Program-made: the position numbers and the translations under genes
In this document: positions 51,601 to 64,000 of the stretch, in pieces
Layout: each line of letters starts with the position of its first letter
Position numbering within the stretch: position 1 is the stretch's first letter
Notes under the pieces: model-generated
Database searches by the model: none
The model's input: only the letters and a program-made list of their open reading frames with translations
What the model was told of the DNA's origin: nothing
Source: Podarcis tiliguerta
Lineage: Eukaryota
Reading direction: 5' to 3' (one strand)
Length of the DNA: 64,000 bases
NCBI GenBank assembly: GCA_965153285.1
Contig: OZ229112.1

Positions 51601-53194
51601 CAATAAAAATGGAGGAAGAACATCCTTTTAAGATTTAAAAACTATTCACAGTGCTTTTTGGTTGCAATTTGATTAGGATTTTTCTTTCTCTGTCTCTTCT
51701 TTAAAGACGGCAAATAGATGTCAGAGAAAAGATACTCTTTATCAAATGTCAGTATTAAGTCATAATTGTATCTGAATAGGAAATATGAAGGGAAATTCCC
51801 TAAGTGGTACGTATGACTTCTAAAGAGATAAATATGTTTTGTGTTTCATTAAATGAAAATAAATGGATGATGAAGTGACAGGATATAGATGATGGAAGTA
51901 AATAACATTAAAAGGAATAAGGAAAGCAAGAGCTTGTAGTTACATAAATTCAGTTTGCTGTTTAGTATGTGTGTGCAGGAAAGCACAAAGAGAACATCAA
52001 AATGCCTGATCACATCCCATCTGTTTCTGCTTCTTACTGGATAACAATCTCCACTGCCAAAAAGCCATTTAAATTTACTACATTGTAGCTACTGATAAAT
52101 ATCACTTCTGTGAAGATCTAATACTAAATAAGAACTTGATTTTGAGATAATGCTTACATGCAGCTGTGTCAAATAGATCAAGGTTTCGCTCAGCTCAACA
52201 CCTGGATTCTATAAGGCTGCAATTTGTTACCCACTGTGATTCTTTGCAATACATTTTCCCCCCAGAACACACTACTTGTACCCCCCCCCTTTCTCCCCCT
52301 CCATTTAAAAACCAAGAAACAAAGCAAGATGAAACACTATCACAAGATGCAACATGTAAATGACGGGAAGGAAAAAAAGACCCTAGAGGAGAAATGATGA
52401 AAAGCAGGATATTGGCAAAGGGTGGCAAAGACAAGGGGTTTTCGGAAGCTCTCGTGATGGGTACCTTCCATGCAGATCTGACAGGCACAGAATGGTGCCA
52501 TGAAACTGCCTCTAGCAATAGAATATATTTTCCAGCACATCACAGCAACTGCAATAGCATCAATTCTACTTGCAATCCATGTCCAAACAGAAAAAAAGTT
52601 CTCAATGGTCCTGTTTCAGCACATCTCAAGGACTAATTAAATCCTCATTACTTTCTTCTAATTATTCCAGAGCTCTGGGATTTTACTGAGCGAGTCTCTG
52701 ATGGTATATCAGATGAAAAGGGTTAAATAACCTGTGTTGATTTTGAAACTCCAGACCTATTCCAGACCTTTAGCATATCATCAGCATTATCATGAATATT
52801 TAACTATACACTGCTGTGAAAATTATAATGGGAGAACAATTAAAAGTTTTTTTTAATTAATTCTGACCCATATACATTTGCCTTAATAAATAAAGGCTTT
52901 TTAAGCATCCCCTTCATGATAGTGTGTGCCAGAGTAACAGCATGAGACCATTTAATGCTTCCATTAGATTCTGTGTTTTTAGCAGTTCCCTATCTACTAT
53001 TTTAATCTGAATATGATGAACCAGGGTGTACTTATTTCAAACCAAAAAGAGCACTGAGGATGCCAAATGAGAATGTTTTAGCATATAGAGAAAATATATC
53101 GTACACTGCATTTTAATTAATTTTGTTGTAACTTAGGTGCTGCCTTGAATATATCCAGGGATAGCAAGGCATGATAAAGGATATACCAGAAGTA

Positions 53195-53445
53195 CTGTAT
53201 TGGCCCAAATATAAGCTGCATTTTTAAAAGTCAGGATGGGGAGGAGAAAAAAAGACAATACCCGAATATAAGCTGTTCCCTTAAAATTCTACAGGCACTC
53301 ACACCCATTCTGTTTTATCGTATTTCTGTTTCAGCAGCGATATCGTAAAAGCCAATTTTTGTAAGGTTGTGAATTTAAGCCGCATTTTAACTTTTCACAG
53401 TTGGAATTTAGGAAAAAAGTGAGGCTTATATTCAGGCCAATACAG
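53195..53445. mobile_element. Tc1/mariner-type MITE
   Basis: TIRs CTGTATTGGCCCAAATATAAGC / GCTTATATTCAGGCCAATACAG, with TA flanks at 53193-94 and 53446-47. Confidence 0.85.
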
Positions 53446-53794
53446 TAACCTGCTGGGTGGGGCTAGCTTCCCAGCATGGGGGCGGGTGTCATTGTTTACT
53501 AGGTGGAAGAGGGTGATGTGAAGGTTAGTATAAGCACACGGCAGGAGTGTCAGATTGGCTCCGCTGGTGCTTCCCCACCATCTTGCCCCTCCCAGTAAGC
53601 AAGAGCAACTCATGGTACCTACTGAAGTCAGAGATGACCCTGAGTGTCTACCTCTTTCTTGTAAGGCATGTCTCATATTTCCTGTTTGACCTGACCACCC
53701 AATGAGAAGGTAAGATGTGGCTCAGGCACCAACACTATCAAGCAGATGAACACAGAATAAAGCTCTAGAAATTGTTCCAGTGTCGCACAAAGGG

Positions 53795-53817
53795 AGGAGA
53801 AGAAGAAGAAGAAGAAG

Positions 53818-53849
<32 letters not shown>

Positions 53850-54096
53850 GTAGTAGTAGAGGAGGAGTTTGGATTTGATATCCTGCTTTATCACTACCTG
53901 AAGGAGTCTCAAAGTGGCTAACATTCTCCTTTCCTCCCCCCCCCAACAAACACTCTGTGAGGTGAGTGAGGCTGAGAGACTTCAGAGAAGTGTGACTGGC
54001 CCAAGGTCACCCAGCAGCTGCATGTGGAGGAGCGGAGACGCGAACCCAGTTCACCAGATTACGAGTCTACTGCTCCTAACCACTACACCACACTGG
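53795..54096 (-). mobile_element. tRNA-derived SINE (Squam3-like) with expanded (CTA)n(CTT)n tail
   Basis: Same body as 15719-15970. The tail is seen on the plus strand as (GAA)n(GTA)n at ~53795-53860. Confidence 0.87.
53797..53859 (+). repeat. (GAA)n(GTA)n microsatellite (SINE tail)
   Basis: Directly visible trinucleotide runs. Confidence 0.95.
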
Positions 54097-55319
54097 GAGA
54101 TAAGAAGCATGACTATCCTACCTATACTTTGCTCCCTGAACTTCTGTAAAAGCCATCAATCTATCACTCTTACTGCCAGCAAAGAAAAACTTGAAGGGAC
54201 CAGAATGTCCAAATCTCAAAAAAAAAAAAAAATCTGAACTATATTATATGCATGCATTTGTGCCACACACATGCAAACTGCACAAAGGAAAAATCTATTT
54301 GTTTGAAAGTTCTATTCTATTATAGGAGATATATATATACACCCTTAGGCTTGAAAAGATGAAAAATCCCAACTGGGTGCTGAACCACCATTGAAAACAA
54401 GGTAAAAGAAATGCACACACTTTCAGAATGATATTATGCGTAAACTTAATAATTTGTTTGTGTGGCTTTCATTTAAGAATGGCGAAACTTAGATCTTACA
54501 TAGCCAAGCAAATTCCACAGAAAGTCTGACTAACGATATATTGAGGAGCAATAAACACATTAGTGGTCTTTTGTTCATGCATTCATTCATTTCTCTGAAG
54601 GAGAAAAATGTTTCACAAAGTGCTAGAAGGAACAAAAACACTCTGAAAGTGGAGGGTCACTTGGTGTTTTTAGCTGGAAACGTTTATATCAGCAAGCCAA
54701 GTGTTTAAATTACTGTAACAGATGCCTGTGGATCAGGTGTCTTTGGCAGGAACGATTTTCTGCTTGGGTTTTTATCAGTAAATGACAAGCACCTTCCCTT
54801 TGAGCCCTTGTGCTCTCCCCTCCCCTCTCTAACTTCAGTGGAAAAGCAGTTCAAGCAAGCAAAAGAATCAACTAATGTAACACCCTTTTTAAAAGGTGAA
54901 GTTTTCCATTTCAAAGAAGTCTCTAATCAATGACAGGGCACAAAAGGGAATGCACGCATGTTTATCCGCGCACTGTTCAGACCTTACAGAAGCTTTGGGG
55001 AAACATGTTCTGCAAAATCAATATGGCCTCACTGGTTACAAATTTTGTATCTGCTGCATGAAACAAATGTACATTTTAAACAAGCTAGGTCACAAAGATT
55101 AGCCGTAGCATGACGGGAGCTTCAATAAATACTCTAAATAAAAAGCCAGGTCTGTTGAAGGCAAACATCAGAAGATTTTTTTAGAAACAAAATGGCACCG
55201 AGACTAGTGCCAGCAGAGCAATTTGAAGATTAGATTCTAAATTCTCAAACTGCAGGTTACAATAAATTATTCATTTTTAAAAAAAACGGACCATTTTTAT
55301 TTGGCCTCGTGATTCAGAG

Positions 55320-56690
55320 TTGGATGCCTCTCTTTACCACACTTCATCAGATTCCACGTCAGGCACTGAAGACACTGATGTTTGGCTCCAATCAATGACT
55401 CAGCTGGAAGCATTCCCAAGGGTGGAGAAATGGACAGCAGAAAGAGATTCAAGTCCTTGGACCTGGAACTCATCAACAGCATGGGATCCACCACTCAGCA
55501 CAAAACACTCTGCTGCATTAAGCACTGCAGCTCTGTCACAAGTCAGGGTGGCCAATGCCCCAGCTGAACTGAAAGCTAATTGACTGGAAGTGGACCTCAT
55601 GCACAGCATGTGGGATGTGATAAGGAATGCTTGCAACTTTAGTTCATGGGAAGTACCAGATGAGTCAACTCCTGGTGAAATTCTTAAACCACACATCCTT
55701 TAGAACAGAGTTGCTGCACTGGGACATATCGAGCAAGTCAGATTCCAAGGATGGAATGAGGAATGGATAGTCCACGTATTATGGGCCTCTTGTCTGATGG
55801 GACGGAGCCACAGCAATTAGCCTCCTGTCGGTGATGTAACTGCCACTTACTGGGAAGGGCAGGGTGGTGGTGAGACCAGGGTTGTGCAGATGTGCTGTTG
55901 GAGCTAATAGGTGCATCTGCATAGTCCCAACCTCATTGCTGCATTGAGTTGAACGGCTCCTCCCACACACTATAAACCACCACAGTACAATGGGAAAACC
56001 CCAAGAAACTCATGCCGCTATTATTTGTGGATAAAGAGAAAGCTTTACTATGTCTCCAAGACATAAAACAATTCTGGAACCAGTTGACAGTGCGCCCTCA
56101 ACGCATGTTGAATGCCTCTCCTAAATATCTTATGGTGGAAATGACTCCAGTTAGTACTAGAGGGGATATTCCATCTAGTGCTGTTGGGGCTATCTCCAGA
56201 TTTGAGAGGGCCTTGGGCAAAGTGTCCTCTGGTGAGCTCCCTCCTGTCAGTGAGTCCTGGCACACTTACCTGATGATAGTGGCAGCATTCCAAGCAGCAC
56301 TGGGCAGCTATGCCTAGCAACCCTTTCAATTTCCTCTGGTGCTTTGTGAGTGACACAAGGTTGGGGGCACTAAATAAAATTAAAAGGGTGGCTAGATCCA
56401 GCCACCTGGCACTCCTAGGAGTGCAGGGTCAGATAAAATGGAAGTTCAATAGATGCTGGGTCTATGGCCAAGTTGCTGATCAACGGCTTTCAGAATATCT
56501 TGCAGAATATACAAAAGGAAGTTTCCAGCAAGAAAAGAAAATGTGTAACGTGCTGTGATGATGGTTCACCCACTCTACTGGAATCCTGCTTAATAGATAC
56601 ACTGAAGCCTGTAACTCCCTAGTACTTGTCGTGTTAAGCGCCTGTGAATCTTTCCCCCCTACCCCTCCAACATTACACTACTCTCTAGCT
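55320..56690 (+). pseudogene. Decayed coding remnant; candidate endogenous picorna-like (Picornavirales) capsid gene fragment
   Basis: Stitched frames give ...MWDVIRNACNFSSWEVPDESTPGEILKPHIL*... / YYGPLV*WDGATAISLLSVM*LPLTGKGRVVV / SA*SQPHCCIELNGSSHTL*TTTVQWENPKKLMPL...FWNQLTVRPQRMLNASPKYLMVEMTPV / SHLALLGVQGQIKWKF...**WFTH...CNSLVLVVLS. The motif order resembles jelly-roll capsid strands B-I. Judged by eye only. Confidence 0.45.
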
Positions 56691-57474
56691 ATCAAGCAGG
56701 TGTGCTGGGAAGGTGCACATCTTCCTGTGAGCATTTCCAAAGTCGGCCCACAGCAATGCATGCCCTTCATTTATGGCTTACTCTGAGGAGCCTGGAAGGG
56801 AAGGGGAAAGCTCACATAGCTTCTCACCTCTCTAATGCCTTAATAGCTGCTAATGCTGATATACAGACTAGCAGTGCGCTCTTACACATCAAGTCATGAA
56901 ATCTCAGTTCTTCCTGTGGGCTTAAAAACTCTACTGAAAGAGCAGCACTACAAGCACATTCAGGCCATGTTGTGATAGGATCATGATACTTTTTGAGACA
57001 AGAGGATTGGGAATGTGGCCATTTCCAGCCTGCTGACCTCAATCCTGCTTCTATAGGAAGATATATGTTATGGCCTATACCCCAAAGCACAGGAATTCAT
57101 CAACATTTTAATAACTGTGGGAAAATTGTTGACTGTAAAGCAGCTAGCATTTCTATCCTACAGAGACCAAATGCTATGTCAGATATTTATAAATAATGTT
57201 TCCTGTATCCAGATTTTTAAAGACCATTAAGAATCTAGCAAGATCTTCTGATAAAGAATGTTTTTGGAACATTAAGCTCTTTGTTTTTAACCAAGTTCTT
57301 GTAGATACTCCTTTTTTATTTACTTCTCCCTCAGGAAATAAGTTTCTTACAGTATTTTGCTGAGAGACAATTACAAGTGGAATTTCCTTGCTGCAAGAAA
57401 CAGGGGACATAGGAAAATATTTTGCCCCTTTCAGGCTTTTATGCTCTGTGGCTATTTCATCCTCCAGCACAAAC

Positions 57475-57564
57475 CTCGATCTTGTGGCATTGGAGACTGA
57501 CTCAAGGCAGGATGGGAGCTGGATTCCGATTGGCTACCTGGAGTCTGGGATGGCATCTGGCTAC
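57475..57564 (-). CDS. ARID1B: ARID1B coding exon (approx. human exon 6), 90 nt, phase 1-1
   Basis: Minus strand reads ttccccatttgtgttgcag|GT AGC CAG ATG CCA...CCA CAA GAT CGA G|gtttgt. It encodes (G)[29 protein letters not shown](G), which matches recalled human [31 protein letters not shown]. Not in the ORF track. Confidence 0.95.
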
Positions 57565-58796
57565 CTGCAACACAAATGGGGAAGGGAAATAAATAATTAG
57601 TTCTTAGTGAAGTAACATATGCAAATAAAACCTATTCCTACAGAACAATCCTATGCACTTTCCCTCAGACGTAAGTCCCATGGTATCCAGCGGGGCATAC
57701 TCCTAGAAACTGTGAACACCAGCGCACTGCAAATGACTAAAAATGTGGTGTGAACATCAGAGATACTGCAACAGGTTTATTTCACAATGTTTTCTGTTTT
57801 CGTAACCCAAGGAGAAAGCATGCATAAACATATTTAACATCAGGCATGCCGAATTGTTCAATTTCGTACCGAGCCTGTTCCCATCCTTACTGACATGATC
57901 CAATTTATAGCTGGAAATCTCCTGACATATATTTCTATGAGGGCGTTCTAACAAAATCCAAGTCTGCTGAACAGTGGGACTCATCCTGTTGAGCGTGGAC
58001 TGGCTGCCAGCCAGGAACACATGGACAGCTGCCAACAACAGCAACTAAAGATAAATTCCATTTATGCTTTTTGGGAAGAAGAATATTGTAAAGAATCTGA
58101 GGTTTTAATGATATCTTGGTGTCTTCTAAGTGTAACACAGCAATAAAACCGGTATGTCTGTAAGACCTGTGTTGTGCACTTTGTTATTCAAACAAGAGCT
58201 TAATTCATAATTTGCACCTGGTAAAAATACAGAGCTAACATATAAATTGGCATGGGAAGGAATCCAAGTTAATGTTTAACAAAAGAGAAAGAGAGGGAGA
58301 CTCACAAATGGCATCACACACAGTGCAGCAGAATGCTATCTTGACCCAGAGACTTGCATAGTTCTGGGCAACGGTGCAAACAGAATTGCTTGCATCACCT
58401 CTGTGAGGATCAAACTACACTAAATGTATATTGGAATCCCATGATAAGGATTCTCCTTCTCTTTATTCCCACTATTAACAGCTGCAGGGAGGATGTCGGG
58501 ATCCTGAATAGTATGGGGGGGGGAGGTTTTTTTGGCAGCGGGGGACTATTGTTGATTTTTTCATAACCAATAATACAGAAAACATGAAACAGAATTACCA
58601 GGTTAAAACTTCTATTTGGCAAAGATTCGGCCTAACCTGCCTCACAGGGCTGCTGTGAGGATAAAAAGAGGGGTGACCAAACATCCACTTGAGCTCATGG
58701 GAGAAAAGGTAGGATATTCCTATGATAAATGAATAGCTGTGATGTGAATTGTGAAAGAAATTTCTAGCTCTGCTGCCAGTCAGTCGCACTCACAAC

Positions 58797-58979
58797 CAGG
58801 AGTGTTAACTTGAATAAAATATGGTGGGGCAGGTAAGCCCGACCCCACGTAATTAATCACAAGATGAAGCATGTACACAACATTTGAATAGCAATGTCCA
58901 TCAGTTTGGGGGGGCGGCTCCCTCAAATATTTTACTGGGAGGGGCAAAGGGACCTCGGCCCCAGGACTTGGCTCCTATG
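58797..58979. mobile_element. hAT MITE (same family as 43610-43774)
   Basis: Shares cttgaataaaatatgg, ccctcaaatattttact and ggctcctatg with the 43610 copy. Imperfect TSD ctcacaac/ctcaccat. Confidence 0.72.
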
Positions 58980-61914
58980 CTCACCATATGACTTGTTACA
59001 TAATTCCAGTAACACTGTGTTGACAATGCCAGTTGCAACAAGCCAAAAAGTCATTAAGATGATGTCCAACTCAACTCCATTTCTACTCCAGCTCCGTGTT
59101 TCTGCTCTGCTACAAAATTCTCATAGAGTTTAATATCTAGCACTTTCTTCTCCCCGAAAAATCTTGTACAAATAGTACTGATAGTAGAAATGAACTGTCA
59201 GCAATAACTTAGCCTTTTACAGCATATTATATTTCCAAAGCTTCCAAAGTCTTATGTTAACAGTAGCCTCACAAGTAGGAAGTTTGCAGTTGCCCTTGTT
59301 TACTTATCATGTGCTGACCTAGTAAATGTGCATTTTTAGCAATGCAGTTCATGGCAGCTATAAGCAAAGGCTTATATGGGTATACATTGTAACACACACC
59401 GCACTTTTCAAGGGTTTTCTGCAACTGGGTCGAGAAATTCATGTTTTAAAAACGAACTTTAAAAACAGAGGTGCTCATGAGTAACAAAGGGCCGTGTTAT
59501 TTTAATAAAATAGGTACTCGGGGCTAGTTCATTACATAGGTGAAATGAGACAATGTTCTCAGGTGCAAGTGTGTGTGTAGAGGGGCAAGGCCAAACTCCC
59601 CCCTCATCCCACTTCATTACGGTGCAGTTAGTGAGGCAAGGCTCTCTGCCACCACTTTCTCTGCCGTACTTCACCTTACTCTGAGAACGGGTCAAAGGGT
59701 CCTCTTCAGATCTCTTCCTTTGGGGTGAGGTGGACAGCAGAATCGCTGTGCTACTGCCATGGTTCACAGGTGGTGGCTATAATGACTTTTTAAGCTTTTA
59801 AAAAAATTGAGTTGGCTTTCTGGCTCCAGGCATTTTCCTGGAAAATGTCTAGGTTTGAAAAGCATTTCTAGAATGCTGGGCTCTGATGAGCGATCCCCTT
59901 GGCTCCTTCTCAGAATAGGGTAATGCAGGGAGGAGGAAATGGCGGAGAAGCCACCAGCACTATTGCCACCAGCACAAACTGGGAGGAGGAGGATGGCAGC
60001 AGCTCTGTGGCTACCCTAAAAAGGAGAATGGGGGAAGAGCAGTGGTGGCATGAAGCATAGAGTACGGGAAGCACAATTCCTTGTGCTGTGCCTGTATATA
60101 CTGATAGTGATCAGGTTTTCTCTGGCTTAAAAATTTATTCATTTCAAAAGTGGTAGTCAGCCAAAAACTGATAAACACTGAAAAATGCCGAGAGAGACTT
60201 GAATCTAATCACCAACACCAGCATAAACGCCTGCTTTTAAAACTTGAAATATGAAGTATCCTCTGAATCTTTTAAGGGGTTTATTGTTTGGACTGGTTTT
60301 TTGTTTTTTTTTAAGGCTGGAAGAAAAATGGTCCTGGATATAGTATTAGTTTCATTTACTTGTGACCAAGGAGAATTTCCTATTATTATTAATTGTATTT
60401 CCATACTGAAAGAACTACGTACTTCCCAACGTGTATTTTTTATATTTTAGCTTCAAAATGTTTTAACCCACACTGAGCCCACAACACTGAGCAGGGTAGA
60501 AATCCAAACAAATAATCAAAGGACATAATTTTTCATGAATACAAAGAATGGATAAGCTAGTTTAGGTACAAAGACCTTTGTACAGTCCACATGCACAAAT
60601 CACACTATATTTACTATGAGAAAATGAACACACAAATCATATGTGTCTAATTTTCCTTTTGTGGCTACTAATAGTCTATTTTCAAACTCATTAGACATGG
60701 TGCACAGAGTTTCTCCTTCAGCAATGCTGTATTTTTAAAAAATCACACACACAAAGCCCTTCTCTGTGACAAGCAACGGAACACACAGCACAGGAACACC
60801 TCTCTTTTTGTTATATTGTAGTGACTGCCTTATGCCAAGCAATCAAGTTGCCACAGGAGGAAGGAGAGTAACTCCTGAGGCTTTCATTCACTGCTAATTT
60901 GAGAAATGGCTGGTCTGGTTACCAAGAACAGCTGGTACCACCTCAGGTTAGGCAACAAATATATACTGTATTATCAATATAGGTGTTTATTAGCTATGTT
61001 AGCGAATATGGTATAAATGGTAGACACATCAAATTAAACCAAAGTATTTTCAAAGACAAACACACATTTCTCGCTTTGCAATCGCTTTTCAACAACTGGA
61101 AACACATAAAATATATGATTTGTTTAAGCTATTAAAAATGCTCCCTTCTCTGCACAGTTGATCAAAGCGAAACCCATGTTAACTTTTATGCAAGAGTATT
61201 CTGTCTGTCGAAGCCAGAGCATGATGATGTGTCTTTCTTCAAAGCTACTCTGAACTGTCATTGTTGAGTTCTGGGGCAAACTGTAAATCTCTGCAAAGAA
61301 CTATATGTTTCTCCTGCTCCATCCGTTGCATCATTTTAAAGTAATTAGCCAACTGTTTCCACAGCTGACTTTGGAGGAAAGATGCTAGAGTGATATGCAG
61401 TATAAAGAAATATACACCATAATTGTACAATTGCTTAAAGTACTTACTGGCAATTTGGGGATAATTTATACTCTGAAAATGCAAGTATTATTTATTATTT
61501 ATTAAATTAGTATACTGTCCTTCCATCCGTGGATCTCAGGGCACTTCAGAATATAAAAATACAAGATAAAATAAATTTCTATAATGCCTAATGAGGTATT
61601 TCAGGTTTTCTCACTATATGATTTGCTGTGCCTGGTAAGTTACGGCTTTTCAAAAAAAGGTCATTATTTTTTCTTTCTGGTGCTTAGCTATGTTGAAATT
61701 ATTGCTGTAGTTTTGGGTAGTTTTATGATGGGGTTTAACTCAGGGATTGCTACCTTGAGTTCCACAGAAAGTAGGTGAGATATACGTTTTCAAAACAGAA
61801 CAAAAAAATTCAGCAATTAACAAAACTTGTCGAAAATTATCGTTGTGTCACCAAGACACCAAGACTTGCACATGTACACTGGGGAGCTACTGTCTAGACT
61901 AGACAGCTTCCTAT

Positions 61915-62083
61915 GCATATCCTCCTTTCCTGAGAACAAAAATGGTCCCAGGTTCAGTTCCTGGAACCTCTATGTAAAGCAGGGAAAGACTCTTGCCTTA
62001 AACCCTGAAGGGCTGCTGCCAGTCAGTGTAGAGAATACTGAGTTAGATGAACTGTTGGTCTGATTTGGCACAAAGCATCTTCC
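61915..62083 (+). mobile_element. Degenerate tRNA-derived SINE (Squam2-like)
   Basis: ggtcccaggttcagttcctgg B-box-like segment followed by ctgctgccagtcagtgtagagaatactgagttagatg, typical of squamate SINE bodies. Boundaries are approximate. Confidence 0.6.
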
Positions 62084-64000
62084 CGAGTCCTTATGAACAC
62101 TCTTGAAAGCTGCCCATAGGTTTTAAGTATTGTGGGGAGGCAATGTAAAGGAAGCAGCGGCTGTGCACAGAAAGAGGAGCGCTCCGGATAGGTAACAATA
62201 TGTAGCCTTTGCATTTTTAATTTGAGTAAAAGAGGTCAAAGAAAGTGAAAACTCGCCATATATCCTGAATTGTATGCAAGGTGCAGAAACCATGCACTAT
62301 ATTGCGCTACACAGAATCACCTGTGGGTAGCAATAAATATTACATTTACTTCTAAAGGAATAGGGAGAAAGATGATTTGCCTTTTTATTTGGTTTTTATG
62401 TGGTATCACACAGCCTTTCCATAGCATAAATGTATAAGCAAGTGCCTAGGTGACAAATTGCAATGGTGAAGTATCGAGGACAGTTTCAACCAGCAAACAC
62501 ATATTCATCATCATTATTACTATCGTTATACATAAGAGGAAAGCTGCTGGCAGTGTTTATAGACCAATGCAATAAAAGAGAACTTTTCACAATACTAATA
62601 TTGCTCTGCCACTTTTGTTTAACCATGGTTGTACAATGGTGAGTTATTATATCTGCTACACAGGCTAACCACTACCGTACATTTTTAGGAATGGAAAATA
62701 CATGAGGAATAAAATATCAAACAACAGTTCAAGACATTTTAGCACACTAAGGTACAGATCTTGGTAGAACGGGTGCCAGTCAAATCGACTGCATTGTTTG
62801 CTGGCTATAAAGTCCTTATTAAATAATAAGTTATCTGAAACAGAATGGCCATAAAAATCTTTATGAAAAGCAGCTACTGGTGCTTATACAATAGTAGCTC
62901 TTTAAATTTAACTATCTCTTCATATTTGTTGGGATAATGCCTAAAAGGAGGACTCAATATTATGCCTTAATTATATCCCAAGTAATGCTTTTGGTAAAAG
63001 TGAAGAGTGACTGAAAAGGGTTTATAAAGTGTTCAGAAACATACTTGCACTTGTGAAAAAGACTGCAAAATTTCTTTTATTGACAGGTTTTCTTGGTTCT
63101 TTCAATATTTCCCTTTTAAATATAGTTCTCAAGTTAATTGGGAGCTTTTTTTTCCGGGAGAGTTGGACTTGATTTGGCCAATACTCCTCTTTTTCACAAA
63201 AACATACGTAACCAGAATTTATGAAATGATCTCTTCCACCAATGGAAGGCTGCATTGTGTAAGCAAACTTCCCTTCAGGGAATGCAACAAAAATGTGAGA
63301 TCCAACCCACAGTGCTGGAACTCTGGTTCTAATCCAACATGACATCACTTAGTGACATCACTTTATCCACTAACACACTACACCATCGTCAGACACCAAA
63401 GGGTGGCCAATATGAATTAAAATTCAGTAATTGTTTTTTAAATATAATGACTATACTCTAAACATAAAGAGTGGAATCTAGAGATTTCAAATAGACTACA
63501 AAAAAGAAAGCACATAACAGATCAATACAATCAAATTATTTAATATTTATCAGGTGGTGTGGCACTCAGACCCAATCAATCTGCACATAACAGGAATGGA
63601 TGCCATGTTGAAAAGGAAGAGTCTGGTTTGATTAGACCTTCAGAAAGTCTTTTACTTTGGACTTTGATGTAAATCCAATCCATGAATTGACTGCATCAAA
63701 TCACCATGAAGGTATGCTGTTCCTGAGCTATCTTGGTTTTTCTTTTTCTTTTTCAAGGAGCTCCACTAAAATCAATTTTTGCTATTTTACCTTACGGGAG
63801 AAGTCACTTTTGATTTAGAAACCAAGAGGAATTTTGTAACTGAGCCAGCAAATAATTTTGGATGTTTAGTCAACTGGGGGTGCTGTTAAGCCATTCTGAG
63901 TTCAGTAGAGAAAGGTCCCAATCTACTTGCCACTGAATTTAATGGCAAGATTGCTGTTGATCATAATGGGACTGGAAACAACCCAAAGAAGTTAGCTCCA

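Noticed and set aside
53673-53949. ORFs with poly-Leu and poly-Phe/Tyr tracts
   Set aside because: These are translations of the (CTT)n/(CTA)n SINE tail microsatellite.
56012-56317. ORF considered as a bornavirus or filovirus matrix-type EVE
   Set aside because: No resemblance to recalled bornavirus M or filovirus VP40 motifs; the jelly-roll capsid interpretation fits better.
1-64000. Prokaryotic-type features (operons, CRISPR arrays, rRNA/tRNA genes)
   Set aside because: Eukaryotic intronic DNA with no regularly spaced repeat-spacer array. The tRNA-like segments are SINE heads.

Overview
Vertebrate genomic DNA, most likely a lacertid lizard (inferred from full-length Sauria/Squam1-type and Squam3-type SINEs). 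The whole window lies inside one minus-strand gene, ARID1B (BAF/SWI-SNF subunit). I traced seven exons with canonical AG/GT boundaries and consistent phases: 57475-57564 (90 nt), 45477-45656 (180), 35637-35964 (328), a frame-preserving 129-nt cassette exon at 33792-33920, 14493-14638 (146), 2991-3097 (107), and an exon starting at 2246 that runs into an assembly gap (N 2067-2230). The introns hold SINEs, hAT and Tc1/mariner MITEs with clear TSDs, and decayed L2, CR1 and RTE LINE fragments. The most unusual signal is about 1.4 kb at ~55320-56690. It is a stop- and frameshift-riddled plus-strand coding remnant whose motif order resembles two tandem picorna-like jelly-roll capsid domains, so it is a candidate endogenous Picornavirales-like viral element. 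That call is by-eye pattern matching and needs a profile search. Exon numbers follow my recollection of the human MANE transcript. Nearly all other ORFs in the supplied track are chance intronic ORFs.
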